DNA of 64,000 nucleotides from an uncultured Acidobacteriota bacterium (lineage in GTDB: Bacteria > Acidobacteriota > Terriglobia > UBA7540): contig CAWDSK010000002.1 of NCBI GenBank assembly GCA_963804995.1, positions 640,001 to 704,000 on the forward strand, read 5' to 3'. The position numbers were made by a program, and so were the translations under genes. The notes below the pieces were generated by a model. It had not been told where the DNA came from and made no database searches. It was given only the letters and a program-made list of their open reading frames with translations. This document shows, in pieces, positions 54,060 to 64,000 of the stretch; position 1 is the first letter of the stretch, and each line of letters opens with the position of its first letter.

Positions 54060-55460
54060 ATGACAAGCGAAGACACCATCGTCGCCGTATCCACTCCTCC
54101 CGGGCGTGGGGGCGTAGGTGTGGTGCGGCTATCGGGCGACCGCGCCATCGAAATCGCAAGCCATCTGATCAAGCTGCCGAACCTGCCACTTGAAACCCAG
54201 CGCGCCACGCTTGGGACGTTCCTGGAGCTTGACTCGGACCGCGTGCTCGACCAAGTGGTCGTGACCTGCTTTCGTCAGCCGCATTCCTACACTGCGGAAG
54301 ACGTGGTGGAGATCTCCTGCCACGGCGCGCCGGTCATCCTGCGATACCTCGTGGAGTGCTGCCTCAAACGGGGCGCGCGTGCCGCCGACCCGGGAGAGTT
54401 CACGATGCGCGCTTTCCTGAACGGGCGCATCGACTTGACGCAGGCGGAGGCCATCCGTGACCTGATTGAGTCCCAGACCCTCTACCAGGCCCGCATCGCT
54501 GCACAACAACTGGAGGGTTCACTTTCTGCGCGCTTGCAGCCTCACAAGCGGGCTCTGCTTGACCTGATTGCACACCTCGAAGCCGGCATCGACTTCGCGG
54601 AAGATGATGTTGCGGTGATTGAAGGGCAGGAAATTCTGGCCCGCCTCGACCGCATTCGAACCGATCTCGAAAAGCTTGTGGAGGGCTACGAATACGGCCG
54701 CATCGTGCGCGAAGGGCTGACGCTTGCGATTGTGGGGCGGCCGAACGTCGGCAAGTCGAGCCTCTTCAACTGCCTCTTGAATGAGGAGCGCGCCATTGTC
54801 ACGCCCATTCCTGGAACCACGCGCGACTTGGTCGCCGAAACCGCCAACCTCGGTGGCATCCCGTTGCGTTTCCTGGATACGGCTGGGGTGCGCCAGGCGC
54901 TCGATGCGGTTGAGAAGATCGGAGTGGAACGAACCTTTCGTGCCATCGCCGATTCGGACTTGCGGCTCTTGGTGGTGGATGCCTCGGAGCCATGGACCGA
55001 AGAGGATGCTCGATTGTTCGAGAAGTTGCGCCCCCTGGGGACGCTGGTGATCGCGCTTAATAAATCGGACCTGCCGCCGCGCGTCTCCTTTGCTGAGCTC
55101 GAGGAATTCACCCGGGCGGATAGGCATGCGGCAGTCTCCACACCTCAAATTGTGCGCACTTCGGCGCTCACGCGTGAGGGAATTGATGAACTCAAAGAAA
55201 GAATCCTGGAAACCGCGGCGCCTGCCCGTGGCCTCGGCCAGGAAGGCGAACTCATCACCAACCTGCGCCACCAGCAGCTAATTCGGGATTCAATCCAGGG
55301 TCTCGCCAAAGCCAGGCAAGCCGCCTTCGAGCGACTACCTCACGAAATGCTCCTGCTCAACCTCTACGACGCGCTGCGGCCCCTCAACCTCGTCACTGGC
55401 GCAACCTATGCCGACGATGTTCTCGATATAATATTCAAAACGTTTTGCGTGGGAAAATAG
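54060..55460 (+). CDS. mnmE: tRNA modification GTPase MnmE
   Basis: GRPNVGKSS, GTTRD, DTAG, NKSD, FCVGK. Confidence 0.97.
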   Translation: MTSEDTIVAVSTPPGRGGVGVVRLSGDRAIEIASHLIKLPNLPLETQRATLGTFLELDSDRVLDQVVVTCFRQPHSYTAEDVVEISCHGAPVILRYLVECCLKRGARAADPGEFTMRAFLNGRIDLTQAEAIRDLIESQTLYQARIAAQQLEGSLSARLQPHKRALLDLIAHLEAGIDFAEDDVAVIEGQEILARLDRIRTDLEKLVEGYEYGRIVREGLTLAIVGRPNVGKSSLFNCLLNEERAIVTPIPGTTRDLVAETANLGGIPLRFLDTAGVRQALDAVEKIGVERTFRAIADSDLRLLVVDASEPWTEEDARLFEKLRPLGTLVIALNKSDLPPRVSFAELEEFTRADRHAAVSTPQIVRTSALTREGIDELKERILETAAPARGLGQEGELITNLRHQQLIRDSIQGLAKARQAAFERLPHEMLLLNLYDALRPLNLVTGATYADDVLDIIFKTFCVGK

Positions 55461-55744
55461 CGGAGAGTGTAGCTCGACCCTGAGGCCACAACCAAACGTC
55501 AAAGTGCGAATCGGATTTGTGGCTAGGCAGCTTTCTTTACTGAACGGCTGCACTCTTGCAGCAGGTTGCTCTCTCCGATTGCTTGGATTGCAGCATAGCC
55601 ACCGGCTCGCTTCCGCCTATGAAGCAGGCCAAAACGAACGAGATTTCTGTTTCTGAATTGAGTGGTGAGATCAAGAGACGGTGAACCGCGGACCGGCATA
55701 AGAGTTACGAGCGCAGGCATCAGACCCAGGCTTCTTTGCAGAAT

Positions 55745-56251
55745 CTAGGAGTTTTTCGGCGCCGACAGGTTGCTTTGGTCGGCTTGCGTTTCAGTTGGTC
55801 CGGCGGGGGAGAGATCCCCCAGGAGAGAAACCACGAAGGAGTGACCTTGACTCTCAAGCGTCAGCCGGCTAACCAACTGCCACTGAGGGGTTGTGTTCGC
55901 CCAGTCAGTTGGATCTGAAAGGGAGGGGAGCGATAGAACCACGGGTTGAGGGAGTAGCGCTTTCAGGTTTCCACCGACAATGTGGACAAGTTCACTCAAG
56001 GCATCCAGGACTTCGTCGCTCCCTACGCTTTCTGCCTGCACTTGGAAAATCAGCGCTGCAATCGACTGGGCGAGTGGAACGGGACAATGTAAGCGCACTT
56101 CTCCATTCCATGCCCCGGTGATTTTCACGCATACAGTCAATGCTCCGGCCACTACGGCTTCCGACCCCGACGAGCGCTCGACGTGGAATCCCAGAGTGGA
56201 GCTCCATGTGTTCTGAATAATCTCATAGAAGGCGTCTTCGGTTACCAGCAT
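55745..56251 (-). CDS. chemotaxis phosphatase CheX-like protein
   Basis: ITGAWNG, DALSELVHIVGGNLK. Confidence 0.8.
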   Translation of the reverse strand: MLVTEDAFYEIIQNTWSSTLGFHVERSSGSEAVVAGALTVCVKITGAWNGEVRLHCPVPLAQSIAALIFQVQAESVGSDEVLDALSELVHIVGGNLKALLPQPVVLSLPSLSDPTDWANTTPQWQLVSRLTLESQGHSFVVSLLGDLSPAGPTETQADQSNLSAPKNS

Positions 56252-56260
56252 GGCTGCTCC

Positions 56261-57085
56261 CTAAGTTTTCCGGACTCGATAGCAAGTTGCCCGTTCAAAC
56301 TGCAGGCGTTCAAAAGAATCGTCGAGGTTGAAGGTTGTCTCTGCCCCCCCCAGGAATAAATACCCGTCGGGTTTCAATACTCTGCGAACCTTGCCCAGGA
56401 TCTCTTTCTTCGTTTCCGTCCCAAAGTAGATCAACACGTTACGTATCATGACAATATCCGCAGAAAAAAGCGGTGGCCAAGGGCCTGCAAGGTTAAGGAT
56501 TTGGTAATCCACCATGCGGCGAATCTCATCGCGCAGTATCCAGTCACAGCCTTGTTTTTGGAAATACTTAATTAGAAAGCTGGCGGGAAGGCCGCGGTTC
56601 ACTTCGAGTTGGCTATAGCGCCCCTCGCGTGCTCGGGAAAGTATTTCTGTGGAGAGGTCAGTTGCCAGAATGCGAAAATTCCAACTTGCTTGAAGCGGGA
56701 AGTACTCGCGCCAAACCATGGAAAGACTATAGGGTTCCTGCCCCGAGGAACAGGCGGCGCACCAGATGCTCAACTCTCGTTCCTGGGCGCGTTTAGCGAT
56801 GAGATCCGGCAACACGGATTTTTTGAGTGCCTCGTAAGGGTGAAAATCTCGAAAGAAGGAGGTTTCGTTGGTGGTCATGGCCTCCACCGCTTTGCGATGG
56901 AGACCATTGAAGGGTTCGCGCTGCAACTTTTCTACCAGGACGCTCAACGAGACTAAACCCTCGCGGCGAGCCAGCGGGGACAATCGCGATTCGACGAGGT
57001 ACCCCTTATCCTCTTCAAGGACAATGGCGGCTTGGTCCAGGACCAGGCGACGTACATAATTAAATTCTGTAGCACTCAGGGACAT
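56261..57085 (-). CDS. cheR: chemotaxis methyltransferase CheR
   Basis: TTNETSFFRD, CSSGQEPYS, RNVLIYF. Confidence 0.96.
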   Translation of the reverse strand: MSLSATEFNYVRRLVLDQAAIVLEEDKGYLVESRLSPLARREGLVSLSVLVEKLQREPFNGLHRKAVEAMTTNETSFFRDFHPYEALKKSVLPDLIAKRAQERELSIWCAACSSGQEPYSLSMVWREYFPLQASWNFRILATDLSTEILSRAREGRYSQLEVNRGLPASFLIKYFQKQGCDWILRDEIRRMVDYQILNLAGPWPPLFSADIVMIRNVLIYFGTETKKEILGKVRRVLKPDGYLFLGGAETTFNLDDSFERLQFERATCYRVRKT

Positions 57086-57091
57086 ATTGAG

Positions 57092-58216
57092 CTACCTGGC
57101 TACCTCCGTCCGTGGGGTGGGGACGAACACACGGGTCATTTCCCGGCCGGTCCGGACCCGGCGGAGGATCTCCGGAGCGATTTGAGTTAGGGGCAGGATA
57201 TTGTCGGCTAAACCGGCGTTGGCCACAAAGCCGGGCATTCCCCACACGACGCTAGATTCCTGATCTTGGGCCAAAACTTGTCCATCAAGTTCGCGGATAC
57301 GTTCGCACCCTCGCAGGCCATCCTGCCCCATACCCGTCATTACCACGCCCAGCGTGTGAAGTTTGTACATCTCAGCAACCGACCGAAACAGCACATCCAC
57401 GGCGGGGCGGCAAGAGTTCTCGGGAGGACCCTCGTGGGTGTGTAGAGTGATCTGATTTCGGTCATTAGCCACAACCATATGGTAGCCACCCGGAGCTAAC
57501 CAAACGCAGCCAGGCTTCAGAACGGCCCCGTTGTGGCCTTCCTGCACGTCAATTTGCGACTTGGCCGCCAGCCGCTCAGACAGGAGACGGGTGAATATAG
57601 GTGGCATATGCTGGACAACAACCACGGGCACAGGAAAGTCACAGGGGAATTCCGGGATGAGTTCGGCTAGGGCATTGGGGCCTCCGGTGGAAACTCCGAT
57701 GGCAACAATGTCGATTCGCTCCTCCCGCCTGGGAATCGAGACACTGTGCAGGAATGGCTTAGGGGCCACAGGCACAACCAAAGCGGGAGATGGATTCGCC
57801 ACCCCTGAACAACCACAGATCGCCTTGATCTTCGGAATCAACTGGGTCCGTATACACTCAAGCCCCAACGCTGCGCTGCCGACGTTGGACGGCTTTGTGA
57901 CATAGTCCGTGGCGCCCTTGGAGAGTGCCTCCAGGGTGGCTTCGGCGCCACGCTGGGTCAGAGTGCTGTACATGATGACCGGAAGCTTTTTATAGGTCTT
58001 GCGGACACACTCCAGTGTGCCGAGCCCGTCCAATTCGGGCATCTCAATGTCGAGAATGACGATATCCGGATTGACTTGCGGGATCTTGGCGAGAGCAATC
58101 TTCCCGTTTGCGGCGGTCCCCACAATCTGGAGCTGCGGGTCGGCGGAAAGAGCATCACTGACCATCCGGCGCACCACCACCGAATCATCGACGACAAGAA
58201 TTCTGATTTTGGGCAT
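57092..58216 (-). CDS. cheB: chemotaxis methylesterase CheB
   Basis: Receiver domain plus STGGP, QHMP, RPAVD, TGMGQDG. Confidence 0.96.
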   Translation of the reverse strand: MPKIRILVVDDSVVVRRMVSDALSADPQLQIVGTAANGKIALAKIPQVNPDIVILDIEMPELDGLGTLECVRKTYKKLPVIMYSTLTQRGAEATLEALSKGATDYVTKPSNVGSAALGLECIRTQLIPKIKAICGCSGVANPSPALVVPVAPKPFLHSVSIPRREERIDIVAIGVSTGGPNALAELIPEFPCDFPVPVVVVQHMPPIFTRLLSERLAAKSQIDVQEGHNGAVLKPGCVWLAPGGYHMVVANDRNQITLHTHEGPPENSCRPAVDVLFRSVAEMYKLHTLGVVMTGMGQDGLRGCERIRELDGQVLAQDQESSVVWGMPGFVANAGLADNILPLTQIAPEILRRVRTGREMTRVFVPTPRTEVAR

Positions 58217-58219
58217 CGA

Positions 58220-58591
58220 CTATGAACCCGCCATCCCGAAGATTTGCAGCTTCTCCAGTATGACCTCTGGCGTGAAGGGTTTCATTACGTACTCATTGGC
58301 GCCGGCCGCGAGGGCGCGAACCACGTTGTCCGTTTCGGTCTCGGTGGTTACCATCATCAGGAGCACCCCGTCATAGATGTGGTCGGCTCGAACTGCCCGA
58401 ATGAAATCGAGTCCATTCATCTCCGGCATGTTCCAGTCCACCAGGGCCAAGTCGACTTTTCCCGCCTCCGGCAGCCGGTTAATTGCGTCACGGCCGTTGG
58501 CGGCTTCGACAACTTCAAAGCCTATCTCCCGAAGTATTCTGCCCAAAATGCTCCGCATTGCTTTCGAGTCGTCAATTATGAGTGCGCGCAC
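58220..58591 (-). CDS. cheY: CheY-like single-domain response regulator
   Basis: IIDDS, DWNMP, KPF; GTG start with GGAGG RBS. Confidence 0.85.
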   Translation of the reverse strand: MRALIIDDSKAMRSILGRILREIGFEVVEAANGRDAINRLPEAGKVDLALVDWNMPEMNGLDFIRAVRADHIYDGVLLMMVTTETETDNVVRALAAGANEYVMKPFTPEVILEKLQIFGMAGS

Positions 58592-58840
58592 GATGGCTCC
58601 CTCCGAAGGTACGGCATCCCTTCTATTTACCTTTCGGCCACCCGGGGTAAAAGGTTTATTGGAAATTTCCACAGCGCTTGTCTATCCAACTGCTCACCCC
58701 CCCCGCTATTTGATCCGAGCTGAAGTTGGAGCAATTTGAGAATCCTGGCGGTTTGCCAAATGCGCATCGCGTCCCTGCCCGTCGTAATCGAGAGGGACTC
58801 TACCTGCCATGTAATTTTTCATCGGCCTCCTGTCCAACAC

Positions 58841-59105
58841 CTTTCTCCTTTTCTTTCATCAACATAATGGAAAGACGGCTATAACTCGTGTTTTTTCATT
58901 AACATAATGGAAAGGCCGAAAACCGACATTTTTTCTACATTTGTTTTCAATAACATAATGGAGGTTACCTTCATTTTTTCCCCCCGCGTTTTTTCCACCC
59001 TGCCGCCAAGATCGAACTAACTATCTTATTTTCATTTGGATAGGTTTTTGTGAGATTTTCTATTTTTCCGCTAACCCCTTTTGTTTCCGGTACATAATGG
59101 AAAGC
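58841..59105 (-). repeat. AT-rich direct-repeat array at 3' end of dispersed element copy 3
   Basis: Four CCATTATGT-N3-(T/G)GAAA units plus one degenerate unit on the minus strand. Confidence 0.85.
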
Positions 59106-59116
59106 CGCAGCCTTTT

Positions 59117-59166
59117 GTAGCGCCGGGCTTTAGCCCGGCAGGTGCCGATCTAAAGGTCGGCCCTAC
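59117..59166. repeat. GTAG-type REP-like doublet overlapping the gene's stop codon
   Basis: GTAGCGCCGGGCTTTAGCCCGGCA-GG-TGCCGATCTAAAGGTCGGCCCTAC. Confidence 0.7.
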
Positions 59167-60355
59167 CACGGCTTTCATCATCCTGAGCTTCCATCTTCCG
59201 CTCATAGCGCTTAATCTTCAGAAGCAGATTGGTAACACGGCGGACTTCCCGAAAGTTGGAATCCTGCATTCGGCGCATGAGGCGCGCGTTGGGGTGCGTG
59301 GGAGCGATTTCCGCGGCGCGTTCGTAAGGCGACGGCCCCGTCAAGGACTCTTTCAAGGTGGCCTTGCGCTGCGCCTCGCAAATCTCCACCTGCCGTTTTA
59401 GGATGTTCTCCAGAAGTTGGCGGGGCCGTTCGCGCGCCTCCCACTCCGCCGCGGTGATTCCGGGATATCGCCTCGCCGCTTCGGCAGCGCCAGCCTCCGG
59501 TTGGATAGAAGCCGACGCTCCGTCCGCTTCGGTTTCCTCCGTCGCTGGTGGGCCTTCCTGTGGGGGGCTGGGAGGCGGTTGTATGCCCGGTGGATAATAA
59601 GGCTTATCACCTAGGAGCCTGTCGGAGATAGATTTCGTTGTACGTAGAATTAATAACTTAGCGAGATTCGAGTGTCTGTAAGTTGTTGATTCTTCGTTGA
59701 CGAATTATTATTTCCGACACACTCCTAGAGCAAAGATCTCCTTGATCTTGGCGAGGGCGCGGCGAGATCTCTCATTGGGGTCAATGCCGTCCTCACCCGT
59801 GCCCGGCGCCTGCAATTGGTAGAAAAGAGCGAGAGCGATTTCGCCCATCTCCAGCAACACACCCTCCTGATGCAGGTTCTTCATCTTTTCCAGATCCTCG
59901 CGAGAGGTGACGTAATACTCGTGCGCGACCGATTGGACGAGCCGCCCCAAACTTTCCGCCGTCATCTTCAGGCGCATCATGCGGGCGTGCAACCGGTCCT
60001 GCCGCCCGCTGCTCACCTCCAGGGCTTGGCGCACGGCGTAGCCTTCCTGCATGCGGTCAGCGCGATTCATCAGCCACGTGGCCCGCGCCAGACGGATCAC
60101 CAACCCCTCCTGCGAGATGCCGGCAGGTTTATATTCCTCCCAGAGCCCTGCCAGCAGTTCCTGGAAGTGGCCCGGGTCTTCGCCCAGAGCGCGCATAGCT
60201 ACCTCTTCCGCCTGCGCGTAGAACCCATGGCGCAAGTGCGCGTCGCGGATGCGCTCTCGGCCCTCCGGCGTCACCGGGACGTGGCAAAGCTTCTGGTTCC
60301 GCCGGTTCGCGGCCAGTTGCTTCTCCGACAGTTTATGTTTCTTGACGAGCGACAT
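59150..60355 (-). pseudogene. 'AANRRN'-type protein of unknown function (363 aa when reconstructed), interrupted by a MITE
   Basis: SEKQLAANRRN..TPEG..LRHG N-terminus; removing 59615-59728 restores FALGDKPYYPPG..LLENILKRQVEICEAQ..REVRRVTNLLLKIKRYE in frame. Confidence 0.8.
59615..59724. mobile_element. 110-bp MITE with CTAG target duplication
   Basis: CTAG|GAGCCTGTCGGAGATA...TATTTCCGACACACTC|CTAG. Confidence 0.88.
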
Positions 60356-60565
60356 GGAATACCTCCAAGAGCAAAAACGCATTCAGCCATAAGCCGTCAG
60401 CTTTCATCTTGCTGGCTAGTGCCGATCCCAACTTGTCGGGACTCACAAAGGGGGCTCGCTGCCTTCTGCTGACTGCCTGCTGTTTCTCCCCAGCCCCTAG
60501 CACCCAGCGCCGGGCACTTCATACTAAGATTAACATTTACCATAGGGGTAATTGCAAGAGGAAGG

Positions 60566-60601
60566 TTTACGATGTGGGCTACCGGTAGCCCACATCGTAA
60601 A
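60566..60601. repeat. 36-bp perfect palindrome upstream of the AANRRN gene
   Basis: TTTACGATGTGGGCTACC|GGTAGCCCACATCGTAAA. Confidence 0.9.
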
Positions 60602-61130
60602 AGAGTACGTCACATTGTCCGAATTTATTTCCGCAGTCGCTCAGGGCCGTCCGGGCCGGCAGAATGTGTCCCACATCGAGCCAACCGTGGGATGCAGATG
60701 GCACACAGGTGGATTCGTTGTGGGGGCGCTTCCCGATCAGATCGGGACGGGACGCGAAGCGCCCTGGCTGGAACGTGGAAGAATCTTGACACGGGCGGGT
60801 CGCGAACCACCCCTACTGCTATCCAGGGCTGTTGGCATGGGCCACCTTCTGTCGCCGCTACGCGGCTTGCCTCCGCTCGCTTCGTTTCCCTATCGTGTGG
60901 TCTGGCCAGCCGAATGCGAAGGCGAGGATTTGAAGCTGGGAGCGGCAGACAAAAAAGTTCCGCGCTACGCTTGTTCCCGAACCCCTAACTTCCCGCTGGG
61001 CAAAGTAGGTATCCTTACTGGACGCGAGCAGTTGTGCCAGGCTGCGTGCTGATCTTCCGACTTATTTGCTAGTACCCTCCCTTACCCTTGCCCCTTGCGC
61101 TTGGGTTGGTCCCTGGTGGCGGTCAGATGG

Positions 61131-61814
61131 TTAGGGCCGTGAGGCTCCGGCCGGAAATGCGGTCACCTCCGGGTGGCCCGCATATGCCTTGCCTGATTGA
61201 GCAGCAGGTACCGGATTCTGCCTGAAGATAGGTCCTCCCACGAAAAACACGGGGCTGCCGAAAGTGGAATTCGCAACCTCGGCGAATGAGAGGTATAAGG
61301 CGTCAACGCCAGTAAGCAATCCCACCCAGCCGCCGGCCGTGTGCCATCCCGCGCCCATTCCCAGGTCTCCGCCTGCCAACAAGAAAAAGGTGATCCAAAG
61401 CAGGAAGAATATGGTCCAAAGCACGAAGTTGGTCCGGAAGGACGCTATCCACATCAGGAGGGTGAATACCCCCCACATCAAGAGCGCGAGACCCACGGCG
61501 TTGGCCGCAGGTGGCTTGATCCACCCTGCGCCTGCCGTCCACAGCAGAAATGCGTACCAGCACCAGAAGGCGCCATAAGAAGTGAAGGCTACAGTCCCAA
61601 AAGTATTGCCCTTCTTGAACTCTAGGATTCCCGCAATGAATTGGGCCACCCCTCCGTACGCGAACGCCAACGGGACTACTACTGCCAGCAGGTTAGGCGT
61701 GTCTCCCTTCAACAGGCCCGCATTGATACAACTCAGAACCACCGTCGTAACTCCGAATGCCGCCAAACCCAGGGGTGCTGGATTTGCTAAACGATTTGTT
61801 GCTTCGTCGGACAT
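61131..61814 (-). CDS. acetate uptake transporter (SatP/GPR1/FUN34/YaaH family)
   Basis: ANPAPLGL, YGG, GNTFG..FTSYGAFW. Confidence 0.92.
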   Translation of the reverse strand: MSDEATNRLANPAPLGLAAFGVTTVVLSCINAGLLKGDTPNLLAVVVPLAFAYGGVAQFIAGILEFKKGNTFGTVAFTSYGAFWCWYAFLLWTAGAGWIKPPAANAVGLALLMWGVFTLLMWIASFRTNFVLWTIFFLLWITFFLLAGGDLGMGAGWHTAGGWVGLLTGVDALYLSFAEVANSTFGSPVFFVGGPIFRQNPVPAAQSGKAYAGHPEVTAFPAGASRP

Positions 61815-62038
61815 AGGGCTCCTCCTTATAGTTTCCGAATTGACAAAACACTCTCTTGGGAACGGGCCTCCGGGCAATACTCCGCATCGCTCACAAGTCG
61901 TCGATTACAAGTGATTGCGCGAAGGCCCCTTCGCCTGACGATTAATCATTTCAATCTCTGTTCACAAACCATGAGGGGTTCAAGATTCTTTGCGAGTATC
62001 CCGAACCCCTCTCTGCCCAATAGGGCCAGTGTGTTTCC

Positions 62039-63982
62039 TTACTGGAGTCGTGTGGTAGCACCCGGCTGAGGTTTGGCCCGGCTGGCGAACTGTGCCTCGC
62101 GGACCTGTTTTGCCCCCGGACGGACTTCCGCCGTCCCGGCACCGCTTCTGGCCCCATCGAACTTGAATTGCCCCACCAACCGCTGGAGTTCCGCCGCCAT
62201 GCGGGCCAATTCCTGCGCCGCCGTCTGGGTGTTGGTTGCGCCTTCGGTAGTGCTTTTCGCGGCGGTGGCCACCGATACGATATTCTCGACAATTTGTGAG
62301 CTTCCCTTGGCCGCCTCACTCACATTGCGAGTAATCTCGTTGGTGGTGGCCGTTTGTTCCTCCACCGCGCTGGCAATCGTGTTGGAGATATCGTTCAGTT
62401 GGTTGATAATGGTGGTAATCTGCCCAATGGCCTCCACGGCGCCCTTGGTGTCTCCCTGGATTGCCTCGATTTTCCGGCTGATATCCTCGGTCGCCTTGGC
62501 GGTCTCCTTGGCCAGTTCTTTCACCTCGTTGGCCACGACGGCAAAGCCCTTGCCAGCCTCGCCAGCTCGCGCCGCCTCGATTGTGGCGTTCAGAGCCAGA
62601 AGGTTGGTTTGTTGCGCGATGGAAGTAATAACCTTGATGACCTGCCCAATTTCCGCGCTGGATTCGCCGAGCTTGCCGACGGTGGCGTTGGTGCTTTCCG
62701 CCGTGCGCACCGCGGCGGTCGCGATCTTGGCCGCTTCGGTGGCGTTTTTGGCGATTTCCTTGATGCTGGAACTCATCTCTTCGGTCGCGGTCGCGACGGT
62801 CTGGATGTTTTTGGAAACCTGCTCGCTCGCAGCCGAGACGACATTGGCTTGACTCGAGGTTTCTTCCGCGTTGGAACTCATTTGCGCGCTGACGGCGGAA
62901 AGCTCCTCGGAAGAACTGGCTAGGGTCTGCGCGTTTTGGCTTATTTGCCCCATGCTCTCCGAGAGTTTGTCCGCCATGGTATTGATGTCGTCCTTGATGC
63001 GCGCATGGTCACCCTGGTAGTTGCCCACGACATGGGCCGTCAGATCCCCTCCGGCAACCTTTTGCAGCACTCCCCCGGCTTCCTGTACTGGCGCGATGAC
63101 GGCGTCCAAGGTCTCGTTTACACCCTGCACGACCCTACGGAAGTCGCCCTGGTGTTTAGTGGCGTCGGCGCGGGTCGCCAGTTTGCCTTCCACCGCCGCC
63201 TTCGACAGCACTTCCGCATCTTTCACCAGCCCCTCGATGCCTCCCATCATTGCGATGAGGGCCGGGACTAATTCATCATGTTCGGAGCGGCGCCCGATCT
63301 TTTGGTATTCCGGCAAATCCTCCAAGTTCCCTTGCGAAACCTTCTTCGCCGTCTCGATGACATGATGAACTCGCTTCTGAACAGTGTTTGTCCCCTCGGC
63401 TAACTCGGCCAAGGATCCCCCATAGTCACCCTTAACCTGAACGGTGTAGTCGTTAATGGCCATCCGTTTCAGGACATTGGTCACCTCGTCCATGGCCGGC
63501 AGAATCGTGTCGAGCATCTGGTTGATCGCTTTAGCTCTTTCAAGATGCCGACCCTGGAACCTGCCTTCATCGATTCGCTCTGTGAGCCGCCCTTCCGCGA
63601 CGCCAGCGGCCAAGCGCGACGTTTCACGAGCCAGCGTGACGTCACCAACGGCGGGAAAAACGAGTTCCACAATACCTATTACCCGTCCTGCCGCGTCGAA
63701 CCGTGGAGCTGCCGAAACTAGTACGGGCACTTCTTTGCCCTGAACCATGGGGAAGGCTTCTCCCTCGCACACCTTGCCCGTCTTTGCTGCTTCAGCCGCC
63801 GCACAGGTTCCGGCCCTGCAGCCGGGGTTGTCATACAGGTCCCAAAACTTTGCGCCGATGCAGTCCTCTTTTGGTTTGCCCGCTGCCTTAGCGGCGGGCT
63901 CGTTAAGATCCAGAATGGTGTGGTTCGTGTCCATGACGACCACCATGCCTGGAATCAGGTCGTAGACTTCAGCCTTGTCCAC
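62039..63982 (-). CDS. soluble methyl-accepting chemotaxis protein (PAS + poly-HAMP + MCP signal)
   Basis: [31 protein letters not shown]-terminal PAS; no TM segments. Confidence 0.93.
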   Translation of the reverse strand: MDKAEVYDLIPGMVVVMDTNHTILDLNEPAAKAAGKPKEDCIGAKFWDLYDNPGCRAGTCAAAEAAKTGKVCEGEAFPMVQGKEVPVLVSAAPRFDAAGRVIGIVELVFPAVGDVTLARETSRLAAGVAEGRLTERIDEGRFQGRHLERAKAINQMLDTILPAMDEVTNVLKRMAINDYTVQVKGDYGGSLAELAEGTNTVQKRVHHVIETAKKVSQGNLEDLPEYQKIGRRSEHDELVPALIAMMGGIEGLVKDAEVLSKAAVEGKLATRADATKHQGDFRRVVQGVNETLDAVIAPVQEAGGVLQKVAGGDLTAHVVGNYQGDHARIKDDINTMADKLSESMGQISQNAQTLASSSEELSAVSAQMSSNAEETSSQANVVSAASEQVSKNIQTVATATEEMSSSIKEIAKNATEAAKIATAAVRTAESTNATVGKLGESSAEIGQVIKVITSIAQQTNLLALNATIEAARAGEAGKGFAVVANEVKELAKETAKATEDISRKIEAIQGDTKGAVEAIGQITTIINQLNDISNTIASAVEEQTATTNEITRNVSEAAKGSSQIVENIVSVATAAKSTTEGATNTQTAAQELARMAAELQRLVGQFKFDGARSGAGTAEVRPGAKQVREAQFASRAKPQPGATTRLQ

Positions 63983-64000
63983 GACAACACTACCTTTACC

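Noticed and set aside
60552..61052. 166-aa and 138-aa ORFs upstream of the AANRRN gene
   Set aside because: No RBS or motif support; they overlap the palindrome region

Overview
GC-rich bacterial chromosomal segment; gene content and intergenic repeat style suggest Acidobacteriota (inference). Core genes: arginine operon (argC-B-D-F plus a truncated GNAT ArgA-like gene) with tandem ARG boxes, sdhCDAB, UPF0182, hsp20-clpB, htpX, Moco-riboswitch-moaA-nadA, thiC, two methyltransferases, two TMTC-like TPR membrane proteins, nuoB, mutM, a Mn-type SOD, queG, rpmH-rnpA-yidD-yidC-jag-mnmE, and a chemotaxis cluster. Accessory content: a dense toxin-antitoxin island (21-28 kb), a complete ISKra4-type IS with a 9-bp TSD, several nested MITE/REP-like elements and a group II intron 5' remnant. 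Two observations stand out. (1) An unannotated dispersed element occurs three times: an 'AANRRN'-type gene of unknown function, a conserved 5' palindrome/promoter region and a colinear ~270-bp 3' array of CCATRATGT-N3-TGAAAA-type repeats. One copy is near-complete but MITE-interrupted and two are internally deleted. (2) Two tandem, apparently exported peroxiredoxins have UGA at the peroxidatic position and share an identical SECIS-like hairpin. Frameshifts in four ordinary genes are most likely sequencing errors.
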